Below, in pieces: positions 22,300 to 31,322 of a stretch of DNA of 64,000 nucleotides. The stretch comes from Aphanothece sp. GTDB lineage: Bacteria; Cyanobacteriota; Cyanobacteriia; PCC-6307; Cyanobiaceae. A model generated the notes under the pieces. It saw nothing but the letters and a program-made list of their open reading frames with translations, made no database searches and had not been told where the DNA came from. Position numbers and translations under genes: made by a program. The stretch covers positions 194-64,193 of the forward strand of contig JBEIHT010000002.1 of assembly GCA_040381155.1 (NCBI GenBank), in the 5' to 3' direction. Position 1 is the first letter of the stretch, and each line of letters begins with the position of its first letter.

Positions 22300-24015
22300 T
22301 CAGGCCGCCCGCGGCCGGCCGGGGGGTGGGGGATCGCGGCGCTCCAGCAGGCTGGCGGCAAAGCTGCGGGCCTCGCCGAGATCGCCGCCGGCCAGTTCCG
22401 CCAGCTCGGCCTGGCGTTCGCGGGCGTCCCGAAGTCGGGACACCCGCGTGTGGGTGAGGCCGTCCTCCACCACCTTGGCGACGCGGAAATGGTGGTCGGC
22501 GGCAGCGGCGACAAGGGGCTGGTGGGTGACGCAGAACACCTGCCGGGAACCCCCGAGCCGCTGCAAGAGCTCGGCCATGGCGCCGCTCACCCGGCCGCTG
22601 ACGCCGGTGTCGATCTCATCGAACAGCAGGGTGACGTGGGGATCGGCTGCCGCCAGGCAGGTTTTGAGGGCGAGCAGGAAGCGGCTCATCTCACCGCCGG
22701 AAGCCACCTCCGCCAGGGGCGCCAGGGGCTGGCCGGGGTTGGCGCTGAAGCGGAACTGGACCAGGTCAGCCCCCTCCTCGCCGGGTTCGGCCGGCTCCAG
22801 GGCGACGGCGAAGCGCACATTGGCCAGGCCCATCGGCCGCAGGGCGGCCAGAAGCTGCTCCTCCAGCGCCTGGGCGGCCGCGGCGCGACGGGCGCTGAGG
22901 GCCTGATTGCAGCGATCTCGCTCCCTGCGGCTCTGGGCCTCCGCCTGCCGCAGGGACGCGAGGGCCGCCTCGGCCCCGCCGGGGGCCAGCTGCTGCCGTA
23001 GGCGATCACGCAGGCTGATCAGCTCCGCCAGATCGAGGCCGTGGCGGCGCTCCAGGGTGCGCAGTTCGGCGATGCGCTCCTGCAGCTCCGCCAGGCGGCC
23101 TGGATCGCTCTCCAGGCTGGCGCCGTAGCGATCCAGGTCGCGGCTGAGCTGCTGGAGGCCCAGCAGGGCACCGGTGCAGGCCTCCAGCAGGGGCGCAGCG
23201 GTGGGATCAAGGGAGGCCATCTGCAGCAGCTCCTCCTCACAGGCCGCCAGGTGGTCGAGGGCGGCCGGCGCCGCCTCCACCCCCTCCAGCAACCGGCCGA
23301 GCAGCACCGCCACCCCCTCCTGGAGGCGCACCCCATGGGCCAGCCGGTCCTGTTCGGCCTGCAGCCGCTGCCGCTCCTGTGGATCATCCAGAGCGGCGGC
23401 CTCGAGATCTTCGAGCAACTGCTCCTCCTGGCGGCGCTGGCGCTCCAGCCGCTCCCGGTCGGCCTCCGCCAGCGCGAGCGCCCGCTCCGCCGCCCGCCAG
23501 TGGCGGAAGGCCCCCCGCGCCGCCTCCAGCTCGGCCAGCACCGTTTCGCCGGCGAAACGGTCGAGCCAGCGCCGCTGCTGCCCCGGGCGGGCCAGCTGCT
23601 GGGTCTGACCCTGGACGGTGAGATCGAGGAGCAGGGGGCGGAGCTCCAGCACCTGGGCGCGGCTGATCGCCACGCCGCTGAGGCGGTGGCGGCTGCTCAG
23701 CCGCTCCTCCTGCAGGCGCCAGTCGCGGCTGAGCAGCAGCTCGTCGTCGTCGGCCTCCAGCTGCTGCGCCGCCAGCCACTCGCGCAGGGGCGGCGTGAGG
23801 GTGAAGCTGGCCTCGATCCGGCCGCGCCCGCTGCCGCGGCGCAGCAGCCGTGCCCCCTGGCTGCCCTGGGCACCGCCGAGCAGGGCATCAAGGGCGTCGA
23901 GGAGGATGGATTTACCGGCGCCCGTCTCGCCGGTGAGCACCGTGAAGCCCGGCTCGAAGGCGAGCTCGAGCCGCTCGATCAGGGCGATGTTCTCGAGACG
24001 CAGACCGGTGAGCAC
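22300..24015 (-). CDS. recN: DNA repair protein RecN
   Basis: TGETGAGKS, coiled coil, ASGGEMSR, FDEIDTGVSG and VTHQP motifs. Confidence 0.96.
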   Translation of the reverse strand: MLTGLRLENIALIERLELAFEPGFTVLTGETGAGKSILLDALDALLGGAQGSQGARLLRRGSGRGRIEASFTLTPPLREWLAAQQLEADDDELLLSRDWRLQEERLSSRHRLSGVAISRAQVLELRPLLLDLTVQGQTQQLARPGQQRRWLDRFAGETVLAELEAARGAFRHWRAAERALALAEADRERLERQRRQEEQLLEDLEAAALDDPQERQRLQAEQDRLAHGVRLQEGVAVLLGRLLEGVEAAPAALDHLAACEEELLQMASLDPTAAPLLEACTGALLGLQQLSRDLDRYGASLESDPGRLAELQERIAELRTLERRHGLDLAELISLRDRLRQQLAPGGAEAALASLRQAEAQSRRERDRCNQALSARRAAAAQALEEQLLAALRPMGLANVRFAVALEPAEPGEEGADLVQFRFSANPGQPLAPLAEVASGGEMSRFLLALKTCLAAADPHVTLLFDEIDTGVSGRVSGAMAELLQRLGGSRQVFCVTHQPLVAAAADHHFRVAKVVEDGLTHTRVSRLRDARERQAELAELAGGDLGEARSFAASLLERRDPPPPGRPRAA

Positions 24016-24056
24016 GGCAGCCGCCGCTGGCGCCCTCGACCGTAGCGGCGGCGGGA

Positions 24057-25775
24057 TCAGATGCCCAGTGGCGGAACCGACCGGCGCTGGCGGAACCGCT
24101 CGATCTCCAGCTCCAGCACCCCTTCGGAGATGGCGAGCGCCTGGGCGACGGCGCGTAGGAAGCGATCTTCCCCCGGCTCGATCCTGCCGTTGGCGGCGAC
24201 CACCCGGAACACCGATTCCAGGATCAGGCCGCGGGCGTTGTCGTCGAGGCGGGACCGCTCCCGCCGCAGTCCCGCCAGCACCACCTCGGCGGGGTTGGAA
24301 CCGGCGGTGGCCTCCTGGGCCATGGCCAGCGCCGCCTGCCGCAGCGCCGTCGGATCGGGCGGATGGCCCATCAGATCGGTATAGATCGCCGCCATGGCGC
24401 CGATCTCCGCCTCCTCGATCGCGCCGTCGGCCAGGGTGGCGGCCACCAGGCAGGCCAGCAGCTGGTCGCGCACCCGCAGGGCGGTGCGATCGCCGCAGAG
24501 CGCCCCCCAGCGCAGATCGGAGAGGTCGCGCTGGCGGCGGTTGGCCTGGGATTCGCGCGGATCGCGCTTACAACCGCTGCGCCCGCCCGAGAGGCTGTCG
24601 TACTGATGGAAGGTGAAGCGCTCCACCAGCTCCCGGCAGAAGCGCACCCCCCGCACCGAATTGCCATAGCGATCCAGCCGCGGCGAGAAGGTGGCGAAGC
24701 CCATCAGGTTGGGCACCACCACCAGCACGGTGCCGGCCACTCCCGATTTGGCGGGCAGACCCACCTCGAGGCTGAAGGATCCGGCGTTGTCGTACATGCC
24801 CGCAGCCTGCATCACCGACAGGGTGCGCTTGACCACCTCGGTGTCAAGCACCTGGTCGCCGCTGATCGGACAGACGCCGCCGTTGGCCAGGGTGGCGGCG
24901 GCCATCGCCAGCATGCGCGCCGACATCTCAATGCTGCAGCAGGAGAGATAGACATCCATCATCTTGTGCAGATCCACGCCGCGGGGCAGGCCGAGGCGGG
25001 CGCGCAGGAGATAGGCGATCGCGAAGTTGTTGTCCGCCGTGTCCCGTTCGCAGAGCATGGTGGCCTCGCTGTAGCGCACCTCCGCCAGATCGCCGCTCAG
25101 CTGGCACCAGAGATCCATCAGCTCCTGGGTGATCGCTCGGGCGTCGCGATCGGGGGAGCCGGAGGCCACCAGGCCGGCGACGATGATCGCGCCCGCGTTC
25201 ACACAGGGGTTGAAGGGGCGGTGGTCGGGAAGCAGATCGAGGGCATGGAAGGGCCTGCCGGAAGGCTCCACCCCCACGAAGCGATGGGTGAAGGCCTCCC
25301 CCTCGCGGCGCAGGGCATGGGCGTAGGTGATCGGCTTGGACACCGACTGAATCGAGTGATAGGTGTCCACGTCTCCGATCGCCAGTCGCTGGCCATCCAC
25401 GGTGCAGAGGGCCACGCCCCAGGGCTCGGGATCGGCATCGCGCAGGATCGGAATCGAGGCGTTGTTGCTGCCGCTGCGATCGCTCGCCAGCCGGCGGTAG
25501 ATGGTCTCGATGTCGTGGCGGAAGTCCTGCCAGTCGGGAATGGCCAGCTGACGCTGGAAGCTGCGGTGGACCATCAGCGCCTCCTCCGCCACCAGGGAGG
25601 CGAAGCTGGCGAAATCGATCGGGCGCTCGCCCTGCCGCTCCAGCCGCTCCATTGTGGTGGCCAGCCGGCGGTCATCGAGCTGGAGGCCACTGGCCTCGAT
25701 CCGCTCGCGGATGCGTCGGGCCGACGTGAAGCCGTTGCTGGCAACGGAGCCGAACAGGTCGTGGAGACGCTCCAT
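24057..25775 (-). CDS. glsA: Glutaminase (GLS-like N-terminal extension) fused to a C-terminal TerB-like domain
   Basis: WGVALCTVDGQR, QSVSKP (S-x-x-K), EPSG, NPCVNAGAI, GMYD, PAKSGVAG and GNSVRG motifs; C-terminal ADG.IEEAE ... ANGRIEPGE repeats. Alternative GTG start at 25790. Confidence 0.88.
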   Translation of the reverse strand: MERLHDLFGSVASNGFTSARRIRERIEASGLQLDDRRLATTMERLERQGERPIDFASFASLVAEEALMVHRSFQRQLAIPDWQDFRHDIETIYRRLASDRSGSNNASIPILRDADPEPWGVALCTVDGQRLAIGDVDTYHSIQSVSKPITYAHALRREGEAFTHRFVGVEPSGRPFHALDLLPDHRPFNPCVNAGAIIVAGLVASGSPDRDARAITQELMDLWCQLSGDLAEVRYSEATMLCERDTADNNFAIAYLLRARLGLPRGVDLHKMMDVYLSCCSIEMSARMLAMAAATLANGGVCPISGDQVLDTEVVKRTLSVMQAAGMYDNAGSFSLEVGLPAKSGVAGTVLVVVPNLMGFATFSPRLDRYGNSVRGVRFCRELVERFTFHQYDSLSGGRSGCKRDPRESQANRRQRDLSDLRWGALCGDRTALRVRDQLLACLVAATLADGAIEEAEIGAMAAIYTDLMGHPPDPTALRQAALAMAQEATAGSNPAEVVLAGLRRERSRLDDNARGLILESVFRVVAANGRIEPGEDRFLRAVAQALAISEGVLELEIERFRQRRSVPPLGI

Positions 25776-25898
25776 GGGCCCAGGAATCACGGCCTCAGCA
25801 TCGTCGGATCCGAGCTGGGCGCAGCGGCGTCGCTGAAGCGGTGGTAGGGGAGACAGAATCGCGGTCCGTCCTCAGCCGACCGGCTCCCCCCACCGCCG

Positions 25899-27935
25899 AT
25901 GCCCGCCACCGCTGCCGAATCCGCCCTGGCCGCCATGCGGGCCTCCGTGTTCGGGGCCGATCCCATGGCGGATCCGCCGCCTCTTGAACCGAGCATTCAG
26001 GCGCCCACGGATCCGGCGGCGCCGGTGAACGCCTCCCCCAGCAACAACCGGGAGGAACTCGGCGACTTTCTGGAGGCGGCCGGCCTGATGGCCTACGACC
26101 CAGCGGCGATCACGCGCATCTACGCAGGCCATCCGCGCCGCCTGCTGCGCCGTCTCTGGCAGACCCTGGTGCCGATCGGTCTGTATCTGATCGCGGTGGC
26201 CACCGATCGCTTCAGCGGCGCCCTGGCCAACCCGGATCGCGCCCGCGCCCGCGCCCGGGAGTGCGCCGAGCTGCTGGCGGCCCTGGGCCCCGCCTTCATC
26301 AAGGCGGGGCAGGCCCTCTCCACCCGGCCGGACATCGTGCCGCCGGTGCTGCTCGACGAGCTGGCCCGGTTGCAGGACCAGCTGCCGGGTTTCGACAGCC
26401 GCCTGGCGATGGCCTGCATCGTCGAAGACCTGGGCCAACCGATCGAGGCGGTGTACGACCAGCTCGACCGCGAGCCGATCTCCGCCGCCTCCCTGGGGCA
26501 GGTGCACCGGGGCGTGCTGCGGGGCGGCCAGCGGGTGGCGGTGAAGGTGCAACGGCCCGGCCTGCGCGAGCAGATCACGCTCGATCTCTACATCGTGCGC
26601 AACATCGCCGCCTGGCTGAATCGCAACGTGCGCCTGATCCGCTCCGACCTGGTGGCGTTGATCGACGAACTGGGGAGGCGAGTTTTTGAAGAAATGGATT
26701 ACATCAATGAAGGCAAGAATGCCGATAAATTTCGTCAACTTCATGCCCATAACCCGCGCATCGCCGTTCCGGCCATCCACTGGCAAGCCACCAGCCGTCG
26801 TGTCTTGACGATGGAGTGGATCGATGGCACCAAACTCACCAATCTTGAGGCTGTGCGAGCCATCGGTGTCGACCCCGACGACATGGTTCAAGTGGGCGTC
26901 AACTGCAGCCTTCAGCAATTGCTGGAGCATGGCTTCTTCCATGCCGATCCCCACCCCGGCAATCTCCTAGCCATGGCGGACGGACGTCTCGCCTACCTGG
27001 ATTTCGGCATGATGAGCGAGGTGAGCCGGGAGGCGCGCACCGGCCTGATCCAGGCGGTGGTGCACTTGGTGAACCGTGATTTTGGTTCGCTGTCCAAGGA
27101 TTTTGTCTCCCTCGGCTTCCTCAGTGAGGAGGTGGATCTGGAGCCGATCGTGCCAGCGTTTGAGGGGGTCTTCGGCCAGGCCCTGGAAATGGGGGTGAGC
27201 CGCATGGACTTCAAGGCGGTGACCGATGACCTGAGCGGCGTGATGTACCGATTCCCGTTCCGGGTACCGCCCTATTACGCCCTGATCATCCGCTCGCTGG
27301 TGACGCTGGAGGGGATCGCCCTGAGCGTCGATCCCAACTTCAAGATCCTTGGTGCCGCCTACCCCTACTTCGCCCGCCGGCTGATGGAGGACCCCGATCC
27401 CGAACTGCGCCGCAGCCTGCGGGAGATGCTGTTTGACGGCGATGAGTTCCGCTGGCAGCGGCTGGAGAATCTGGTGGCGAGCGCCTCGCTGCAGGAGCAG
27501 CTGGATCTGGACGGGCTGCTCGACCAGGTGCTCGATTTCCTGTTCTCCGCCAACGGCGGCATGCTGCGCCAGCAGCTGGTGGAGGCCCTGGTGGCGCGAA
27601 TGGATGAGCTGGCCTGGCGCACCACCATGAGGCTGGGCCGGCGGCTGCCCCCACCCCTGCTCCCCCCCGGCCTGCGGCAGCGCAACGAACCCCAGGCGCC
27701 GCTGACGGCGGTGGGCCCCCTGCTCGACCTGGAGCCGATCCGCCAGCTCGTGGGCATCCTGGCGGACCTGCCGGGCTTCGAGCCGCAACTGCTGCTGCGC
27801 CGCCTGCCGCGGGTGCTGCGGGAACCCGACCTGCGGCGCATGGGCCTGGAGGTGGCCCGGGGCCTTGCGGAACGGGGGGTGGTGCGGCTCGTCCGCGATG
27901 TACTGGTACCGAGCTCCCTTCGGAGCTCGGCCTAG
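25899..27935 (+). CDS. ABC1/AarF/UbiB family atypical kinase
   Basis: LGPAFIKAGQ, AASLGQVH, VAVKVQRP, FFHADPHPGN and LDFGM motifs. Confidence 0.93.
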   Translation: MPATAAESALAAMRASVFGADPMADPPPLEPSIQAPTDPAAPVNASPSNNREELGDFLEAAGLMAYDPAAITRIYAGHPRRLLRRLWQTLVPIGLYLIAVATDRFSGALANPDRARARARECAELLAALGPAFIKAGQALSTRPDIVPPVLLDELARLQDQLPGFDSRLAMACIVEDLGQPIEAVYDQLDREPISAASLGQVHRGVLRGGQRVAVKVQRPGLREQITLDLYIVRNIAAWLNRNVRLIRSDLVALIDELGRRVFEEMDYINEGKNADKFRQLHAHNPRIAVPAIHWQATSRRVLTMEWIDGTKLTNLEAVRAIGVDPDDMVQVGVNCSLQQLLEHGFFHADPHPGNLLAMADGRLAYLDFGMMSEVSREARTGLIQAVVHLVNRDFGSLSKDFVSLGFLSEEVDLEPIVPAFEGVFGQALEMGVSRMDFKAVTDDLSGVMYRFPFRVPPYYALIIRSLVTLEGIALSVDPNFKILGAAYPYFARRLMEDPDPELRRSLREMLFDGDEFRWQRLENLVASASLQEQLDLDGLLDQVLDFLFSANGGMLRQQLVEALVARMDELAWRTTMRLGRRLPPPLLPPGLRQRNEPQAPLTAVGPLLDLEPIRQLVGILADLPGFEPQLLLRRLPRVLREPDLRRMGLEVARGLAERGVVRLVRDVLVPSSLRSSA

Positions 27936-27968
27936 ATTGCAAGATTCCTGACTGAGCGATCTCCCCTG

Positions 27969-28610
27969 GTGACCTCCCTGCGCACACGCCAACGTTTCCT
28001 GGCGGCGGCCCTCGGGCTGAGCCTGGTCGCCGGTTCACCGGCGTGCCTGGCGGCCGAAAACATCGTATTCGTGAGCGGGGCCTTCCGGCGCTCGATCCCG
28101 GTAGCGGATCTGGAGCACCTGGCCGCCACCGGCCAGGCCCGGGGCCTGTTGGGCGACGTGATGCGCCTGAGCCGCCAGAACCCAGCAGACGCAGCCAGGA
28201 TGCTGAAGGCCACCCTCAGCCTGCCCGTGGTGACCGTGAGCCGCTTGCTCAACACGAGCATCGGCGAGCGCATCCTGGAGCGCCTCAGCGGCATCGTCTT
28301 CCCGCTCAACGCCCGCCAGGTGGGTCTACCCGCCCTGCGTTCCGCGGTGGTGCTGGGCATCGCCGACAACGGCGGCTCCCTCTCACCCCTCTCCTTCCTG
28401 CGGGCCTACCCGAGCCAGGAGCTGGCGGTGAGCCTGCCGGCGCTTCTGGGCCTGATGCGCAAGGCCAGCTCCGTGGCCGATCTGGTGCGCTTCTTCTCCG
28501 AATCCCCCCTCGACCTGGGCAGCCGCGGCGATGGCGGCGACGGCAAGGGTGCTCCGGCTCCGAAGGATGGCGGCACGCCGCCCAAGGATGTGGGCACCGG
28601 TGCATCCTGA
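27969..28610 (+). CDS. DUF1400-like exported protein
   Basis: Signal peptide, then AAENIVFVSGAFRRSIPVADL and FLRAYP; usual position before thrC. Confidence 0.8.
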   Translation: MTSLRTRQRFLAAALGLSLVAGSPACLAAENIVFVSGAFRRSIPVADLEHLAATGQARGLLGDVMRLSRQNPADAARMLKATLSLPVVTVSRLLNTSIGERILERLSGIVFPLNARQVGLPALRSAVVLGIADNGGSLSPLSFLRAYPSQELAVSLPALLGLMRKASSVADLVRFFSESPLDLGSRGDGGDGKGAPAPKDGGTPPKDVGTGAS

Positions 28611-28658
28611 CCCTGCCGCGGCGTACATTCGTCTCACCCGTCCGTTTCGTGCTCGGCC

Positions 28659-29759
28659 GTGCTCCAAGTCCTGCGGCGCCTCGGCGGCCCGCGCGCCACG
28701 CTGCAGGACTGGCCAGGCCTGATTGAGGCCTACCGGTCCTGGTTGCCGGTGAGTGCGGCAACGCCGGTGATCACCCTGCGGGAGGGGGCCACCCCCTTGA
28801 TCCCGGCACCGGTGATCGCGGCCCGCCTCGGTCGCGGCGTGAAGGTGTTCCTCAAGTACGACGGCCTCAATCCCACCGGCTCCTTCAAGGACCGGGGCAT
28901 GACGATGGCGATCAGCAAGGCTCGGGAGGAGGGTTCCGAGGCGGTGATCTGCGCCAGCACCGGCAACACCTCGGCGGCGGCCGCCGCCTACGCCCGCCGG
29001 GGCGGCATGCGCGCCTTCGTGCTGATCCCCGACGGCTACGTGGCCCAGGGGAAGCTGGCCCAGGCCCTGCTCTACGGCGCCGAGGTGCTGGCGGTGAAGG
29101 GCAACTTCGACCGGGCCCTGGCGATCGTGCGGGAGGTGGCGGATCGCTACCCCGTCACCCTGGTGAATTCCCTCAACCCCTACCGGCTGCAGGGGCAGAA
29201 GACGGCCGCCTTCGAGGTGGTCGACGCCCTCGGCGACGCCCCCGACTGGCTGTGCATCCCTGTGGGCAACGCGGGCAACATCAGTGCCTACTGGATGGGT
29301 TTCAAGGAGTACAAGGCGGCCGGCCACTGCACCCGCCTGCCGCGCATGATGGGCTTCCAGGCGGCCGGAGCCGCGCCGATGGTGCTGGGACACCCGGTGG
29401 AGCAGCCGGACACCATCGCCACGGCGATCCGGATCGGCAATCCCGTCAACCGCGAGAACGCGCTGCGCGCCCGCAGCGAGAGCAACGGCGACTTCATGGC
29501 GGTCAGCGACGCCGAGATCATCGAGGCCTACAAGCTGCTGGGCAGCGGCGAGGGGGTGTTCTGTGAGCCCGCCAGCGCCGCCTCGGTGGCCGGCCTGCTG
29601 AAACGGCGCGAGGAGGTGCCCAGCGGCGCCACCGTGGTCTGCGTGCTCACCGGCAACGGGCTGAAGGATCCAGCCACGGCGATCGAGAACAACGACTCCC
29701 GCTTCCACACCGGCCTGGAGCCCGACACGGACACGGTGGCCCGGGTGATGGGCTTCTGA
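28659..29759 (+). CDS. thrC: Threonine synthase
   Basis: NPTGSFKDRG (PLP lysine), ASTGNTS, PVGNAGN and LTGNGLKD motifs. Confidence 0.96.
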   Translation: MLQVLRRLGGPRATLQDWPGLIEAYRSWLPVSAATPVITLREGATPLIPAPVIAARLGRGVKVFLKYDGLNPTGSFKDRGMTMAISKAREEGSEAVICASTGNTSAAAAAYARRGGMRAFVLIPDGYVAQGKLAQALLYGAEVLAVKGNFDRALAIVREVADRYPVTLVNSLNPYRLQGQKTAAFEVVDALGDAPDWLCIPVGNAGNISAYWMGFKEYKAAGHCTRLPRMMGFQAAGAAPMVLGHPVEQPDTIATAIRIGNPVNRENALRARSESNGDFMAVSDAEIIEAYKLLGSGEGVFCEPASAASVAGLLKRREEVPSGATVVCVLTGNGLKDPATAIENNDSRFHTGLEPDTDTVARVMGF

Positions 29760-30166
29760 GCGGGTAGCCGGCGGCCGATCCGGCCGAGGGAAAGCCTGGG
29801 GAAAGCGTTGGGGTGGGCCGGGGGATCGGCGGGGGAGGAGAAGGCCGCCCAGGGGCCTCGGTTATCCGCACCGTCTGGAAACGGTGGAAAGCGGGCGGTG
29901 TTCCCCAATCGGCCGGTCTGTTTCCCCAGGCTCCGGGACCCGCCAAGGCTGTGCCCGGCGGGGGTTGGCCGGAGTTTTCCGGATTTCCACCGGCTCTACG
30001 GCTACGGGTTTGTTCTGTTCTATAAAAAAAACTTGTCTTCTCATCTCATCCGCAGGCTCGCGAACCAGGGCCGGGTCCCCGACCCTGCGGGCGTTGCGCT
30101 TTTGTCCACCGTGTGAAACCGTGGGCCCGCCTGATCGCCGCGTTTTGTCGACGAGGTCCGCCCCCC
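29760..30166. other. Putative chromosomal replication origin (oriC) between thrC and dnaN
   Basis: Degenerate DnaA boxes (TTATCCGCA 29862, GGTGGAAAG 29883, ATTTCCACC 29983, TCATCCGCA 30046, TTGTCCACC 30102) flank an AT-rich element at about 30009-30045. Upstream of dnaN is the known cyanobacterial oriC position. Confidence 0.75.
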
Positions 30167-31318
30167 ATGAAGCTGGTCTGCTCCCAGGCTGAACTCAACG
30201 CCAGCCTCCAGTTGGTGAGCCGTGCCGTGGCGGGCCGCCCCACCCATCCGGTGCTGGCCAACGTGTTGCTCACCGCCGACGCCGCCACCGGTCGCCTCAG
30301 CCTCACCGGCTACGACCTCAGCCTCGGCATCCAGACCAGCCTGCCCGCCTCCGTCGACGGCAGTGGCGCCATCACCCTGCCCGCCCGCCTGTTCGGCGAG
30401 ATCGTCAGCCGCCTGCCCGCCGACAGCCCGATCACCCTGCGCTGCGAGGAGGGTGGTGAGCAGGTGGAGATCAGCAGCCTCTCCGGCAGCTACCAGATGC
30501 GCGGCATGCCCGCCGAGGACTTCCCCGATCTCCCCCTGACCCAGAGCGGCCACCCGATCCGCCTGGACGCGGAGGCCCTGGTGCGGGGCCTCCGCGCCAC
30601 CCTGTTCGCCAGCAGTGGCGATGAGGCCAAGCAGATCCTCACCGGCGTGCATCTCCAGCTCGACGGCGACCGACTGGAGTGCGCCGCCACCGATGGCCAC
30701 CGCCTAGCGGTGCAGCAGCTGCCCCACGCCCTCGGAGAGGCCGCCCAGGAGGCCGGCGGCGAGCCGTTCGCGGTGACCGTCCCCTCCCGCTCCCTGCGGG
30801 AGCTGGAGCGGCTCCTCTCCGGTCGCCCCTCCCAGGAGCCCCTGAGCCTGTTCTGCGAACGGGGACAGGTGGTGGTGCTCTGGGCCGATCAGGTGCTCAC
30901 CACCCGCAGCCTCGACGGCACCTACCCCAACTACGGCCAACTCATCCCCCAGGAGTTCGGCCGTCGCCTCGGCCTCAACCGTCGCGCCTTCGTGGCCGCC
31001 CTGGAGCGGGTGGCGGTGCTGGCGGACCAGCACAACAACGTCGTCAAGATCAGCAGCGATCCGGCGGCCGGCCGGGTGGTGCTGCGGGCTGACGCCCAGG
31101 ACGTGGGCAGCGGCTCGGAGGATCTGGCGGCCACGGTGCAGGGGGAGGCGATCGAGATCGCCTTCAACGTCCGCTACCTGCTCGACGGCCTCAAGGCGAT
31201 GGCCGGCGAGCAGGTGGAACTGCGCTGCAACGGCCCCACCACGCCGGCGGTGCTGGTGCCGACCGCTGAGGATGGGGCCTTCACCTACCTGGTGATGCCG
31301 GTCCAGATCCGCTCCTGA
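30167..31318 (+). CDS. dnaN: DNA polymerase III beta sliding clamp
   Basis: MKLVCSQ, ATDGHRL, GTYPNY, IAFNVRYL and YLVMPVQIR motifs. Confidence 0.97.
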   Translation: MKLVCSQAELNASLQLVSRAVAGRPTHPVLANVLLTADAATGRLSLTGYDLSLGIQTSLPASVDGSGAITLPARLFGEIVSRLPADSPITLRCEEGGEQVEISSLSGSYQMRGMPAEDFPDLPLTQSGHPIRLDAEALVRGLRATLFASSGDEAKQILTGVHLQLDGDRLECAATDGHRLAVQQLPHALGEAAQEAGGEPFAVTVPSRSLRELERLLSGRPSQEPLSLFCERGQVVVLWADQVLTTRSLDGTYPNYGQLIPQEFGRRLGLNRRAFVAALERVAVLADQHNNVVKISSDPAAGRVVLRADAQDVGSGSEDLAATVQGEAIEIAFNVRYLLDGLKAMAGEQVELRCNGPTTPAVLVPTAEDGAFTYLVMPVQIRS

Positions 31319-31322
31319 GCGC

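Noticed and set aside
19484-22906. 1140-aa ORF antisense to uvrA, and similar long antisense ORFs (14317-17298, 32031-34508, 34454-36832, 44273-46465)
   Set aside because: High GC3 suppresses stops on the opposite strand; the translations have no motifs and overlap clear genes.
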